Below are positions 35,700-48,521 of a DNA stretch of 64,000 nucleotides, one piece after another; position 1 is the stretch's first letter; every line of letters begins with the position of its first letter. The notes under the pieces are model-generated. The model was given only the letters and a program-made list of their open reading frames with translations, ran no database searches and had not been told where the DNA came from. Source of the DNA: Psammoneis japonica (lineage: Eukaryota). A program made the translations under genes and the position numbers. The stretch spans positions 62,001 to 126,000 of the forward strand of contig QPGO01000013.1 of the NCBI GenBank assembly GCA_008632985.1, read 5' to 3'.

Positions 35700-37480
35700 C
35701 CATGTCTTGTCTGTGCATGCTGAGGCTTCCCCCATGGGACAATTTCATTTGCTTTTTCTGATGGCAACTTGCTTCCCACACTTTGGTTTTGTCTCTCTTT
35801 GTCTTCTGACACATGATTTGGCTGCATGCTTGGAGCTCTTCTTGTTGGAGCACACTGCAGCTTGCATGCCAGGAGCATGCTGGGCAGAAGCAGTGCCGGG
35901 CAACAAGAAACACCTTCTCAGTTTGTGTCTCTCCAGGATGGAACAACTGGAGACAATGCCAGTCAGTCACCTGCTTCTGCAGTGATGCTGGAACAAAAAT
36001 TTTGACCTCAGCACAAAACAGTTGTCTCATGGACATTTCTCCTCCACAAAAAAGCACACTGGGAGTGCTCCTCCACATGCAAGCTTTCTGCAATGGGCTC
36101 TTGTCCTTGTGCTGCTCCACTTGCAGTTGTTTCATGAAGCTGGTGGGTGCCACTCAGTCATCCACTGCTTGTGCTGTGTGAAGGCCAGGTGAAGAGGGCA
36201 TGCTTTGTGCATTTCCATGGCAGCATCATGGGGTCACACACTTGGAGTCCAAGGGACAGAGTTAGATTGAGACAGCTCAGCTCACAAGCAACCAAATTGT
36301 GGTGGCATTTGGGGCATGTCACAATTCAAGCCTGTGCTGTTTGCACATGGCAAGTGCTGGTGCATTGCACACTTGGTCTTTTGAACATTTTGCAAGTGTG
36401 AGATTTTTGTGACCAGCACAGCATGTGGTCATGAAACAACCAAGAAGCATGGGATCTGAACTCTTTCAGAGGCTCAGCAATGGCACATGATTCTCTCTCT
36501 GCCATTGCACAATTCAACTGAGCACTGTTGCACATTTGGCCATTGTCTGCAACATGCATTTGTGCTTCATGAGAAGAGCAATGAAACAAAAAATAAAACT
36601 TGTGTGTGTGTGTGTGTGTGTGTGATTGAGTCTCCACAGGCCTCCCAACTTTTCAATGGTCAGCCAAGGTGAGAGTCACTGTCATTTGAGTTCTAAGTTG
36701 ATGCTTGTTCATTTTCAGCCACAAATCTGGCACTGGCGCCAAAGCCACCATTTGGGTTGACAGTTGACTTTTCCACTGATCATGGATTTGCAATGTGTTT
36801 CATTTTGTGGCTCAGCTTCTTGATTAGAGTTGATTCATTGCTGGCTTGGGAGAGCTTCAGCTCATTTGCCCATTGCTTGTTTTTTCTGTTTCTGCTGCAC
36901 CCATCTCTTTGTTGCATGAGGCACCACACAAATCAGCCACTGATCTGTTGTTGCAAGACAATGACTTGCCCCTGTCACCACATGAAAAGACACTCCTTTC
37001 AAAACAACAAACTCCTCATGGAACCAAGCCCTTTTTGACAAACAAACCAGCGCAGCTTCAAACTCAAATCCTTTCCACCCATCAAGTGTCAACCTGCACT
37101 TCAAACCCCAAATCACAGTGTCAAGTCATCCCCACAGTGGCTGTGTTGTCATTGAACCTTGTTGTTGTTCATGCTTCCTGCCACAAAATGCTCATCAAAC
37201 CACAATTTGACAAATTCCAGTGTTGGCCCAGATCTCCTGTCAGTGTGGGTCAATCTGTGCCTCATTCAGAGCACCACTTTCAAGCTGTTGATTGACAACA
37301 AATGCACTGCAAATGCTTTTTGGTGGGGTGCCAAGTCATTGGGCCAACATGGCTGCAATTTGGTTTTGAGCCATTCTTTTGGCCCGTGTCTGCGCACTGC
37401 ACACTCTGTTTCATCTGTGGAAGTTGATTTCTGTGGGTGAGAAAGCCAAATCATGTCTGCTGTCCATTCAGCTCTTCCTT
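35700..37480 (-). pseudogene. Heavily decayed Ty3/Gypsy pol relic (RT start, RNase H, integrase zinc-binding region)
   Basis: QLN(Y>C)AMAERES.AI.E.LKEFR (RNase H); KIFVPASLQKQV.DW(Y>H).LQLFHPGETQTE (integrase H2C2); KLP..KA.EI.PW; P(Y>H)QKAF.V. Confidence 0.6.
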
Positions 37481-38289
37481 GTCACTTTGCAAGTGCACCA
37501 GGGTTGTCTCTTTCAGAAGATTGCAGAGGGTCACTTGGATGCTGCACTTGTTGAAGTGCTGGCATCAACTTGCTTGTTGGAGAGAACAAGGGCAAGCATT
37601 CTCCACCCACCCAAGGACTCCAAGACCTGGGCTGCATGAGTGGCAGTTGCAACCAAGGCTTTGGGGACAGAAAACTCATTTGACATTGGGGCTTTGTGCA
37701 AAGGTTGGCATGGACAATTGGTGCCACATTGTGACAGCTGTGTTGTCAACACAAGCTCAGTGCCACAAAGGCTTGCTCAACAACTCACAGCAGGAAAACT
37801 TGACAAAAGGCTGTGAGCCTCCATGAACTGTGTGGGACAAAATCAACAAAGCTTGATTTTGCATTTCTGACTTGCATCCCAGCCAGTCCTCCCATGACAT
37901 CCATTCTTGCTTGAACTTGAGATCAGGGTGAAGTGGAGGGCAGCTTGCCCATTTGTTGCAGCTCTTCATTGCTTCCAACAAAGAGAAACTTCTTGTTTCA
38001 AAAATGCTGCTGGAAATTTCTCCACATTCTTCTCAAGCCATGTCTCTCTGGCATTCCCAGCACACTGCTGCTCACCCACTGCCATTCAGCAATCAACCCT
38101 TTGAATGAGCCACACCCTCCACATCCTGCTCACATGTGCATCATCATGTCTTTGTGACACAGCCCATCATTGTCACATCATCCTGCTGTCTGTGGCAGTG
38201 TCACTCTGCTGTCACCACACCAGCCAACCAGCACTGGTCAAATCTTGAAGAATCTGTGGACCAAAAAGTGCACCTTCCAATCATTCAAC

Positions 38290-39900
38290 CACTGGGATGT
38301 TGGGGTTGGTTGATGACATCATGGGGTCCTTGCTCTCTGGAGTGTGTGAAACTCAAGTCTGCTTGTGTTGGGGACAAGGTGACTTGGGGCCACAACACCA
38401 CAACATCAGCCTTGCAATGCTTGACCACAGTTCTCAACCCTTCAACCACCAGACTTGAGCAATTTGCTTGCTTGCATCACACACGTGTCACAAACAAAAC
38501 ATTTTCAAACATGAACAACAAAAAATTCATGCAGTTTGGTTTTGGAGTGCACATTCATCAAAAATCTGGGGAGCCATTTTCAAAATTTAGAAAGTTCAAT
38601 GTCAACTTTTAACATCAGGTTTTTGCATGCTTCATCTGTGCATGGAGAGGAGCTGAATCTCAAGAACCTTCAACAATGAAAGTTGTGAGGAGTTGCTGTT
38701 GCAAATGGAGCAACAATGCCATGGCACCCTTGGAGCAGCAAATCTCCACCGGTGGAGATTTGCTCCCACACAAGCAAAGGCATCTCTGGAGTGCACTTTG
38801 TGTGCACTGTGGGTTGCACTTGATGACATTTTCAACACTGTGGTGCTCATCATGTCATCACACAAACATGTGAGATGTCACAAATTCCTCAAGCAGCTGG
38901 AGCAACTTGTCTCCACCTTGCTCCCTCAGCCAGAGGAGGGTCAAAGAGTGTTGCCTGCTGGGGTCCACCAGATGCCACTTGTGCCAGGTTTGTTGGCACC
39001 ATCATGGGGTCCTCTCACTCTTGAGTTTGGAGGTTCATTTTTGCCATTGGGGACAAGGTGTGACATGGGGCCACAACACCACAAGATCAGGCCACAGCTC
39101 TTAAAGTGCCACCTGGGGTCCACAGACACAGCCAGTGCAGTTGGCTTGCAGTTGTTGGGTTGGTTGGCACCATCATGTGGTGCTTTCACTGTGGAATTGG
39201 CAAGTTCAAGTCTGCACCTCCTGTTGGAATGAGGTGATGTGGGGCCACAACTGAACAATGCAGGCCTTGCACTGCTGCTCAACCATGGTTGCTGCAGCAT
39301 TGTCCAGGGTCCTCTAGAGACTGCCGGTGCCCTCAGCTTGCTGTTGTCAGGCTGGTTGGTGCCACCATTTGGCCCTTCTTTCACTCTAGCTGGAGTTTGG
39401 AAATTCATGTCTGCTGTTGGGGACAAAGTGTGACATGGGGCTGCAACACCACAAGATGGGCTCATCAACTTTGCAACAGTGTTGCCTGGGGTCTGCAGTG
39501 TCCTCAGCTTGCAGTTGTTGGGTTTGTTGGCTTTGTTGGCCCCACTGCCTTTGGTGCTTTCACTGTGCTGGAGTTGGGAAGCTGGGTCAAGGAGGTGACG
39601 TGGGGCCACAGCCACACAACACAAGTCCAAGCCTTGCACTGCTCAACCATGGCTGGTTGTTGCAGTGTCACCTGGGGCCCACCTTTGGCTTGCTGTTGTC
39701 AGGTTGGTTGGTGCCATCATTGGGTCCTTTCACTGCTGTGGGGAGGTGGGAAATTTAAGTTTGCTGCTGTTGCTGCTGTTGGAGACAAGGTGGCATGGGG
39801 CCACAACACCACAAGATCAATCTTGCAAAGCTCAGCCACAGCTCTTAAAGTGTTGCCTGGGATCCACCAGAGACCACCAGCTCCCTCAGCTGGCAGTTGC
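38290..39900. repeat. Degenerate ~180-bp tandem repeat (further units at ~49470-49830)
   Basis: GGGGACAAGGTG(A/G)C(A/T)TGGGGCCACAACACCACAA-like units near 38370, 39050, 39230, 39420, 39590, 39780, 49535 and 49800. Confidence 0.7.
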
Positions 39901-41202
39901 CTGGGTTGGGTTGGTTGGGTTGGAACATCAGGGTGTGAGGCAGTTTTCACAGGACAGCAAGACAATGTTGCAGTGAATGACACAGTGACGATGGTTGATG
40001 TGGCAAACTTCTTGTGTTCACAACTCATGTTGAGTTGTGGGTCTTGTGCTCAATTTTTAGCTTTTGCACCCAGTTGACATGGCAACAGCAGCAACAGCAA
40101 CAGAGTTGTGTTTGCAATCCATGTGGCAAGCTGGGGATTGGTGAGACTGAGTGTGCGCCAGTCAGCAAGCCATGAAATCCCAGCACAGAAGCCAAAAGGA
40201 GCTGGCTGGGAAGTCACCAAGAATCCAAAGGTGCAACTCATGTCAGCGGATTATTGTGGCAAACAAGCTGGCTGGATGAAGGCAAAGAAACAGTCTCTGG
40301 AAGGCCTTGCAGCAAGGCCAGGAAGCTGTCAAGGGTCTTGTGGTGAAGTTGTGTCATGGGGGAGGATGCAACTGAGCATGGATGCACAAAACATTTTAAG
40401 GAGTGGATGCACAATGCCATTCTTGGGTGCCAAGTCAGGATGAAACAGACAGATGGTCACAGGAAGACCATGAGAAAAACAAGCAAGCATGTTGGAAGAA
40501 TGTTTGAGCCAGAGATGCAGGTGCTCCTGGTGTCTCTGAGGCAGGAGACCTGCTGACTGGAGGAACTGGAGCATCCATCAGGTGCAACCATTTGCACTGG
40601 AGAAGGACAAGGCAATGTTGAGAAAGCAATGCAATCACTGCACAAACCAGGGTGCAATCTACATGACACAGAAGGCAAAGACATTCAAAAAAATTGTGGG
40701 GCAGTGCACAAAGGCCATCCATCACAAGATTGAAGGAGTGACAGAGTTTGTGAGAGTCACGAAGGAGTTGTGGCACTGTTGGGAACTCTCAAGTTGATCT
40801 CATTCAGCAAAAATGGAAGCAGCTGGGCACTCATTCATCAAGATGAAGGAGAGGCACTCAAAGATTGCTGCAGCTGGTCTTTAATTGAGATGACAGAAGG
40901 GTCCCATGGCAGGGTCATCTCAAAAGAAATCACCAAGAAAGCAGATGGGTTCAGCACAGATGCTGATGACACCCAAAAGAAAGAAAGGAGCAAGTTGTCA
41001 GTGGCACTGCCAATGGAGGGCACCAAAGAGCATTGGTGTGTCTTGAAAACCTGCACCAGCAGTGCACACTGGGGATTGATGATTGCTCCAATTCAGCCAA
41101 CAAGGCACTGCAGGTGTTGGGCACATGTGGGACAATCAACAAGACACCTGAGGGTGCAAGTTTTGCACAGAACAAGAAAAAAGAGCTCAAGTGCTGGAGA
41201 TG

Positions 41203-41677
41203 AGTCGAAGCTCGCATGTCCACGCAAGCTCCGAGTGCCTTCCTAACGCATCGACTGGATGTCCACTCCAGATCGACACCTCAGGCAGAACACAAGCAGG
41301 TGGAATCTACTGATGAGCGGTGACGAGCATTTGGTCTTTCACCAAAGTGCCAGTGACCAAATTGTGAGCTGCCTAGACTGAATCTGCTGAGTGCACCCAA
41401 ACAGAGGTTGATCCGCAGGTTTGCACCAGTGGCCAGTGCAAACTTCAGGGTTGACCACATTCACAACAATCACCCAAATGCTGCTGAACCAATCTGTGGT
41501 TGGTCCAACATCTGTGCAAAGCCTGTGATCTCCAAAGCACCGCCCATGATCCCCAAAGCATTCGGCTTGAGAAGAATCAAGTCTACGTGGCGCGAAAAGA
41601 ATTTCAATGAGAATTCCGACTGACGGAAGTACAGACACAACAGAGAATCTGGGTCGGTGGACAGACGAACCACGACT
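41203..41677 (-). repeat. 3' LTR (475 bp)
   Basis: Direct repeat of 48522-48993; ends AGTCG...CGACT. Confidence 0.92.
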
Positions 41678-41823
41678 CTCCCTCTCATTCACAGATTCCA
41701 GCAACCAACAAGAAAATCGCAAACGAGAAAGCTCACACAATTGGCACAAGTTCAGAGCAAAGCTCCTGCATCTTGACCGAGCCACAACATGCAACAAACA
41801 AAGGAAGCGATGCTTCCAAAGCA

Positions 41824-44800
41824 CTGCCACCCCTGGACCTTCAACCGGTTGTTCTCGAAGAGCTCTCGAGTCAAAGGCTTGGCAAGACAATCGGCGAGTT
41901 GCTCGGCCGATTCCACCTTGATCGTGTCAAACTCATCACAATGCGACCAGAACCAATGCCACTTGACGAGAAAATGCTTGGTGCAATTGGTGATGCGGTG
42001 GTTGGCAGCCAGGCAGCAAGCGCCTTGATTGTCTTTGAACATGCGCGCACGAACCGAAGTCCTGAGATCTTGGGAGATGTCTGGGGTAAAGACGATCTCA
42101 AGGAGCAGGTTCTTCAAAGGCAGGAGAGTCCAAAGAGCACAGGAGGTGGCTTGACACTTGGCTTCGAGGGTGGAGCAAGAAACAGCTGACTGGAGCTGCG
42201 ATTTCCACACCAAAGGGCATCCACTGAGAGTTGTGATGCATCCGGTGTGAGACCTCACAGAATTCGGATCAGAATCCGCTTCGCAGCGACAGAGACCAGC
42301 AAAATCGGCGTCGACCCATAAATCAAGATCCAAACGACCGGGTGGAGATGGCAGCATCCCCTGATCACGCATCCTCTTCAAGCAGCGGACCAGAGTCTTG
42401 ACGGCGGTGGCGCGCGACTGTTTCGGGTTGGAATTGAAGTGTGCAACCTGACTGACGGCAAGGGAAATGTCAGGACGGGCATTGGTGGACAAACACAGGA
42501 GCACTCCAATGATGGAGGGATGACTCCAGTCCTCCTGCATGGGATCTCTGTCTGCATCAGTGCCGAGGGCTTGGGACGCTGTGGGGAGCAGGTTCGGTTT
42601 GCTGTCAACCAAGCCGGCAGCTGACAGGATCTTGTCAATCAACCCTTTCTGCATCAACTTGACAGCACCGTCATCTCTCCTTTCGAACTTGACACCCAGG
42701 AACTCGGTGAAGCCACCCTCCTTCATCAATTCAAATCCTTTCTCGCGCAGCTGAAACATCAACTGATCAATGGTGGACTCCTGCGCTGCACTGATTCCAC
42801 AATCGTCGACATGCAGGCAGACCATGCAATCATGGTGGAGCAGGAGACATTGGCTGCACTCGCTTTAGATGAAACCCAAGTCCAAGAAGGCTTGCAGACA
42901 ATGTTCGTGCCACAACTTTGGAGCCGAAGAGAGTCCACAGAGACTCTTGACGAGCTTGAGACAAGCCTTGGGTCCTTTTGTCGAACTGAAACCTCGTGGA
43001 AGATGAGTCCAAACTGGTTCTTCCACGGGAAGTGCTGCTTGAACGAATGTGGACTGGAAATCGGCGGATGCCGTGTGCCATCCAAGAATGAGACTCAATG
43101 CCAAAAACACTTGAACCGCACTCCAGGCCACAACCGGTGCATGAGTGTCAAACAGACTTCCTTCCTGCAGATCGCCGCGACAACAGTGGCGAGCCTTGCA
43201 CTTCTTGATCTCGCCTGAAGGTGATCGTTTGCGACAAAACACCCAAGCACCGGGAAGGATCTTGGTTTGAGCATCGGCTGCAGGTGCCTCGACCCACGTT
43301 CCTTGATGGACAAGTGCAGCAATCTCGATCTCAGCCACTTTCAACCACTTGTCGCGATCGGAAGAGCACATGGCCTCGTCCCACGATGGCGCACCCGGAT
43401 CCTTGACTTCATGCGCCGACGCCTCACATGCGGCAGGAGTGGTCATGGATGTGTTGCAACCATGGTCAAATTTGTGTGCATGATGGAAATCAATGAAGTG
43501 GGGCAAGCATCCGTGTCCCTGAGATCCATCACATCCAAACCGCTGGGGTGCAGCACGATTCCGGGTAGAGCGACGAACTGGGGTTGGAGAGGGGCGTTGT
43601 GCGCTGGGTGGAGCCACAGGGGGCGACTCCCTCTCTTGACCAAGATCCGAAGAAAGGCTTCGAGGGGTGGGAGGCTCCCTCTGAGGACTTGGTGACACAT
43701 TTGAGTTGGCAGCGGGTGCTCTCTCCCTCTGAGGCGAGTCTGAAGCCACGGGTTCAGGAGGAGACTCTAAAGGAGGCACAGACTCCACCTCAGGGATCGG
43801 AGGTTCCACAACAGGACTCGAGGGGGCCTCGGGAGAAGATGCTGGTGCCTGAGCAGCCGGAGGAGGGACCTGCAAGGGTTTGGGAGGCGACCGGCGGGTG
43901 ACGGTTTTGCGGATTTCCTCGGATCGGCGCTCACATTCTTGGTGTTCTTGACGGATGTCAACATCAGCATGCTCTTCATCATCCACAGTGTGTTGACACA
44001 CACTGTCTCCGAAAAGAGACGGCAGGCAACGAGCTGGCATTGGCAGGAACCGTCGCAAACCAATCATCAAAAACGACATGGAATTGTGGAGTGATGGCTC
44101 CCATTTCAAGACTCAAGACTAGCGGGGCTGACGAGGCATGCTCGGGGCTGAGTCCCACACAGACATGCCGACTCGCGCGGGGTTTCCACTTTGGCAGTTT
44201 CTTTCCATTGGCAAGAGCTTTGTCAAGAACGTAAACAGGGCACCCCCAAACATGACAATCCTGGAACCGAGAGTGAGGGTTGCATGTCTGGGTGAACACA
44301 TCCTGTGGACTTAGACCCGCAGATGGGTCTGGCATCGCGTCACAAAGCATGACAGCATGATCCACAGCCAAAGGCCAAAGAGCAGCGTCCGCAACATCAG
44401 GCCAATGGATTGCCGCATGCAACATCACACTTCTCGCGATCGACATCGCAGTGTGCATTGCTCGTTCACAAACCCCATTGTGATGGTGAGCTCCTGCACC
44501 GGCATGCTTTGAAGCTTGAGCAAAAGATTCCAAGTGAACCCTGAAATTGGCCGACGTGAACGCCTTTCCATTGTCGCTCAGACATTCTTGGGGAATGATG
44601 CCATGGTCACGACAATGGGCCTCAAACGCGTTCTTGGCCGTCAAAGTTTCATGGGCGTTGAGGTGAGTTTGATGTTGAACGTTGATGCAACCAGATGCAT
44701 GATCCACAAAGATTGCTCCGCCTGAATGCTGATGTTTTATGCTCTCCTTTCCAAAAGCATGTTTCAGGCGACCACGAGTGGAACAAACAAAATGATCAAC

Positions 44801-47800
44801 CGACACTCGTTGACCAGGGAACAGTTGGTCCTTCTTTAAAGCTCCAGCTCGATCCTTGACGACACGAGAAGTCTTTCCGGGGCTGGGACGGCGTTTTTGT
44901 TTTCCATGTTGGCATGCGGCACAAAGGAGCAGACGATCGATACGGCAAGCGCGTTCATGCAAACGACGGGTGCCCTCGGAGTGGGGTGGAACTCCCGTGC
45001 GCATCAAAAATTGCACCTTTCGAAAGCTCAGATGCCCGAGACGAAAGTGCCAATGTAGTGGCTCCTTTTCAGCAGGTGAGACATTGTGATTGTGTTCCAC
45101 AATCGTCGACAACGTCAAATGAAACTCCTCACAAATTTGTTGACTTGCTTGATTCGCGCAGGCCCATGCCACCGGCAGGTTAGTTGAAGGTTCAATCAAC
45201 ACTTCAACACCTCGGCTGTGTCCTTGTTCGCGATTCTTGGATCCACTGAGGATGGTGCAGTCCGACAGCAGCTCGATGGACTCATCCGAGTGTGTCTGCA
45301 AGAGACTTGTCGTGCTCAAGAGATGAGCCTTGGACTTGGGGACACAGTGGGCCGGAACCTTCAGGGTCCGAAGCACCCCAGTGACATCAACAAAAGACCA
45401 AGCGACATGTCCAACACCTGCCACATGGAGCCCCTTTGCGATGCCTTGGAGCCGGACAGTGACAGGTGGTTTCTCGAGAGGCCCGACGAAGTCGTCCTTG
45501 CAAGGTGAGACCGATGCACTTGCTCCTGAGTCCCAAATGACCGGGAAAGCATGCTCTTCAACCACTTCCTTTGTCTCCTCAGGACTTGCAAACGCCGCCT
45601 TGAGAGCACCAGCAACAGAAAGTAGAGGTGACGGGACGTCAGCATTGGCAAGATGAGCCTTGGCTGCTGGGGAGCAGACAGCGTCAAGCTGGGAGCGCGT
45701 CAAACCGTGCGCAACGTTCGAACCAACAGGGCGACACGTGGGTGCATTGAGGTTCCAACGACCTTGATGACGAACATCGGGACCCCGTTTTAGAGCAGCA
45801 CTCTTGCAACGTCTGGTGCCCTTGGGACGACCGACTTCTCCCTCTTGACCGAGGAGAGGACGTGCGCGCATGAAGGTGAGTGACCGCTCGAAGGCCTTGA
45901 CCTCTTCACTGAGGTCGTGCAACTGATTGCGCTGCTGCTGCTTGATGTCAGGCGCCCCACGGGCACGTTGGACGAGAGAGGGATGCCTGGGTGGAGTGCG
46001 GCGGCGTCCGCAGCGAGGCTGAAGCTCCCGCAGGTGACGACGCCCCCAACGTTTGCAATGCTTGGAGAACCTGGGTCCTTGGCGTGTGGCCCAGCGGGGA
46101 GGAGGGGGTGGAGGAGGAGCACGCAGGGCTTCGGCACGAGCATCACGCTCAAACTTAGATGGCAAGAATGCAGCCACTAGAAGGAGAAGGAACCAGAGAG
46201 CGGGCAAAGGATGGAGACGCCAATGTGACGAGACGTGCGACGCAACGACCGTCACGAGCCAGACCATGGCGTTGACTCCAACAATCCACCAGTCGGCCGG
46301 AAGCTGGGAATGCCAATGTCCCAAGGCAGCATGGAGCAGCAGAGATGCAAAAGGGTGGAGCAAGGTGAGTGCAACCTGAAACAGTCCAAGCAGCACGTCC
46401 TTGAACCCTGGCTCAAAGTCGAATTCCGCGTGCCACGCTCCAGGATCCAGGAAGAGGGTGTTGGCCTGCTGAGTCGGCGCAGGAGGTGACTCATCCTTCT
46501 GCCCATGCCTGGCAGTGCCGTGAGTGGTCGACCAACGATGGCACTTGGCACACCAGTGCCAAGTCTTGCCCTGAGCAACCTTGGACTCAGGTTGTCCGGG
46601 ACGAGGCGCGACCTTCTTCCAGTTGCGCGCGATGCCACCATCACCATTGCCTCCGTTGCCACCTTGACTCCCATTGCCACCGGAGCGGGTCCTGCCCCTT
46701 CCTCCTTGTCCTCCACTGTTTTGTCCAGGGTTGGAGCCGCCCAGGTTGTTGTCAGTGCCCTCGCTGGACTTGTTGGGACAGTCACGTGCCCAGCGTCCGA
46801 GCTTGCCGCAGTTGTTGCACGGAGAGTTTTCCGGAGTCTTCTTGCGGGGAGCAGCCGTCTGCTGGAAGAGAGCATTGAACTGGGCCTGAGTGAGTGGAAC
46901 TCCAACCGTTTGACAAGTGGCTGAGGGATCAAGTGCCAGGTTTCCAAAGGCTCTGGGAGCGGCTTTGGAGTCTGTCGCGTGCTTGACAGGATCCCACTGC
47001 GTGTTGTTCTTGAACAAGCGGCAGCGGTCCAGGATCTTTCCAATGACTTGAGAGTGGGTAAGGTTCTTGGACGCAAGGTGTCGTTTTGCGTCCGTTTTGG
47101 ACTTGCACGCTATCTCAACAAGTGCTTCGCTCAAGTTCTCTTTCATGGTGCGAAGGGCGTGCTTGAACTGCTGACCGTTTTCGCCATCCCCGCCAGCTTC
47201 CAGGCAAGCGTTGACCAAGGCAAGCACCAGCTTGTGGTTGCACTGACCCGCAACATCTAACTCTTGGGCCGCAGTCTTGAACTTGGACAGGAGCTGGGAG
47301 AGATCCTGACCGGCAAACTGGGAGGGCTGGAGTTCCTCCAGCTGCTTTTTGAGCTGCTTGAAGCGTTCGATGGACGTGCTCTGGAGGATCACGATGAGAG
47401 CCATCCAGACTTTTGGAAAGCAATCCAACTCTTCCATCTCCAGATCCAGCTGTGCGGCCAGGCTAGCCTCCAAGGAGTTCTTGAGAAACTCAGCAGCGTC
47501 CCTGTCATTGGATGAATCGTGGGAGTCACACTTGGCGAGTTGAGGTGCGACAAGACGGGCGACGCTTGATTTGGAATGCCGAGGATGTCCTTCAACGCAA
47601 GACGTCACGGAAGTTGAGTCCTCGGGGTCCTGCAGGTAAGTTGCCGCATCCAAACTGCAGTCCTTGAGATGCTTCATCACGTTCTTCTCAAAGGTTGCAA
47701 GATCTCCCTTCTTGTCGAACTTGGTTGAAAGTCTGGCAACGTGGCAGGCCTTGCTCTTCTGGGTGGAAGAAACGTGGTGGGAGCGACACTGATTTGGAGA

Positions 47801-48187
47801 CGTTGGACTGGAGTTGGGAGTTTCCAATCCAGACCAGTCAGCCTTGGGTTTCCCACTGGTCCAAGCAACTTTCTCAGTGGAACCAATGGCGACAACCCCC
47901 CCATCTTAGGAGCCTTGGGTTTGTAGACTTTCGTCTTTGGCATCGCCGCGGCTGCCATGGCAGCCACAGCCTGAACAGTGCGACGTTCGTCTTCCGTCAT
48001 GCCAGAGCCTGCAGCGGGCTCGTCATCATCATCGTCCGAGTCGTCATCCGAATCGTCCGGGTGATGTTCCAAGGGCGGAACAGGGTCGTCGTCTGGGTTG
48101 TTGGGGTCCTGAGGTGGTGGATTATCCTCCGGTGGAGGTTGGTCCTCAGGAGGCTGGTCCTCGAACACTTCGGGGTCGTCAGCCATG
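41824..48187 (-). pseudogene. Copia gag-pol polyprotein broken into 4 ORFs
   Basis: Zn knuckle CNNCGKLGRWARDC, WHWCAKCHRWSTTH, protease IWDSGAS, integrase WH.RLGH/CAACQ.GK/VSVDHF/SDNG/NGVCER/WGCPVYVL, RT KAR..CRGD.Q/(Y>H)APVV/KSL(Y>C)GL/(Y>H)VDD, RNase H WVDADFAG/STLEA/QLAD..KPL. Confidence 0.92.
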
Positions 48188-48521
48188 TCCGACAGCGCGC
48201 TTGAAGCCATCAAGTAAAACCAATCGTCTGGGACATTCTCAATCAAAGAGTGTGAGCTCAGAGAACTCTCTTGGGTCTCAGGAGGGCCACGGGGTGGAGC
48301 AGGGCCTGAGATGGTGCATGTGCAAAATCAACAACAAACCTTCTGGCGGAACCAGCTGTTCAGCTGACGGAGTCAGTCACAGCACTTGATGTCAAGAGCG
48401 TGGAGCACAGCCAATGAGGAGCGCTGACGGCATCAGAGCCGTTGATGGGGTTGCTCTGGTTTGGGCATCCCCAACCGGAAGCGCAGAACGTGTTAAGTCA
48501 CCCCAATTGGGTGAACTGACC

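Noticed and set aside
36601..36624. (TG)12 microsatellite as an edited (TA)n tract
   Set aside because: Cannot be distinguished from an ordinary TG microsatellite.
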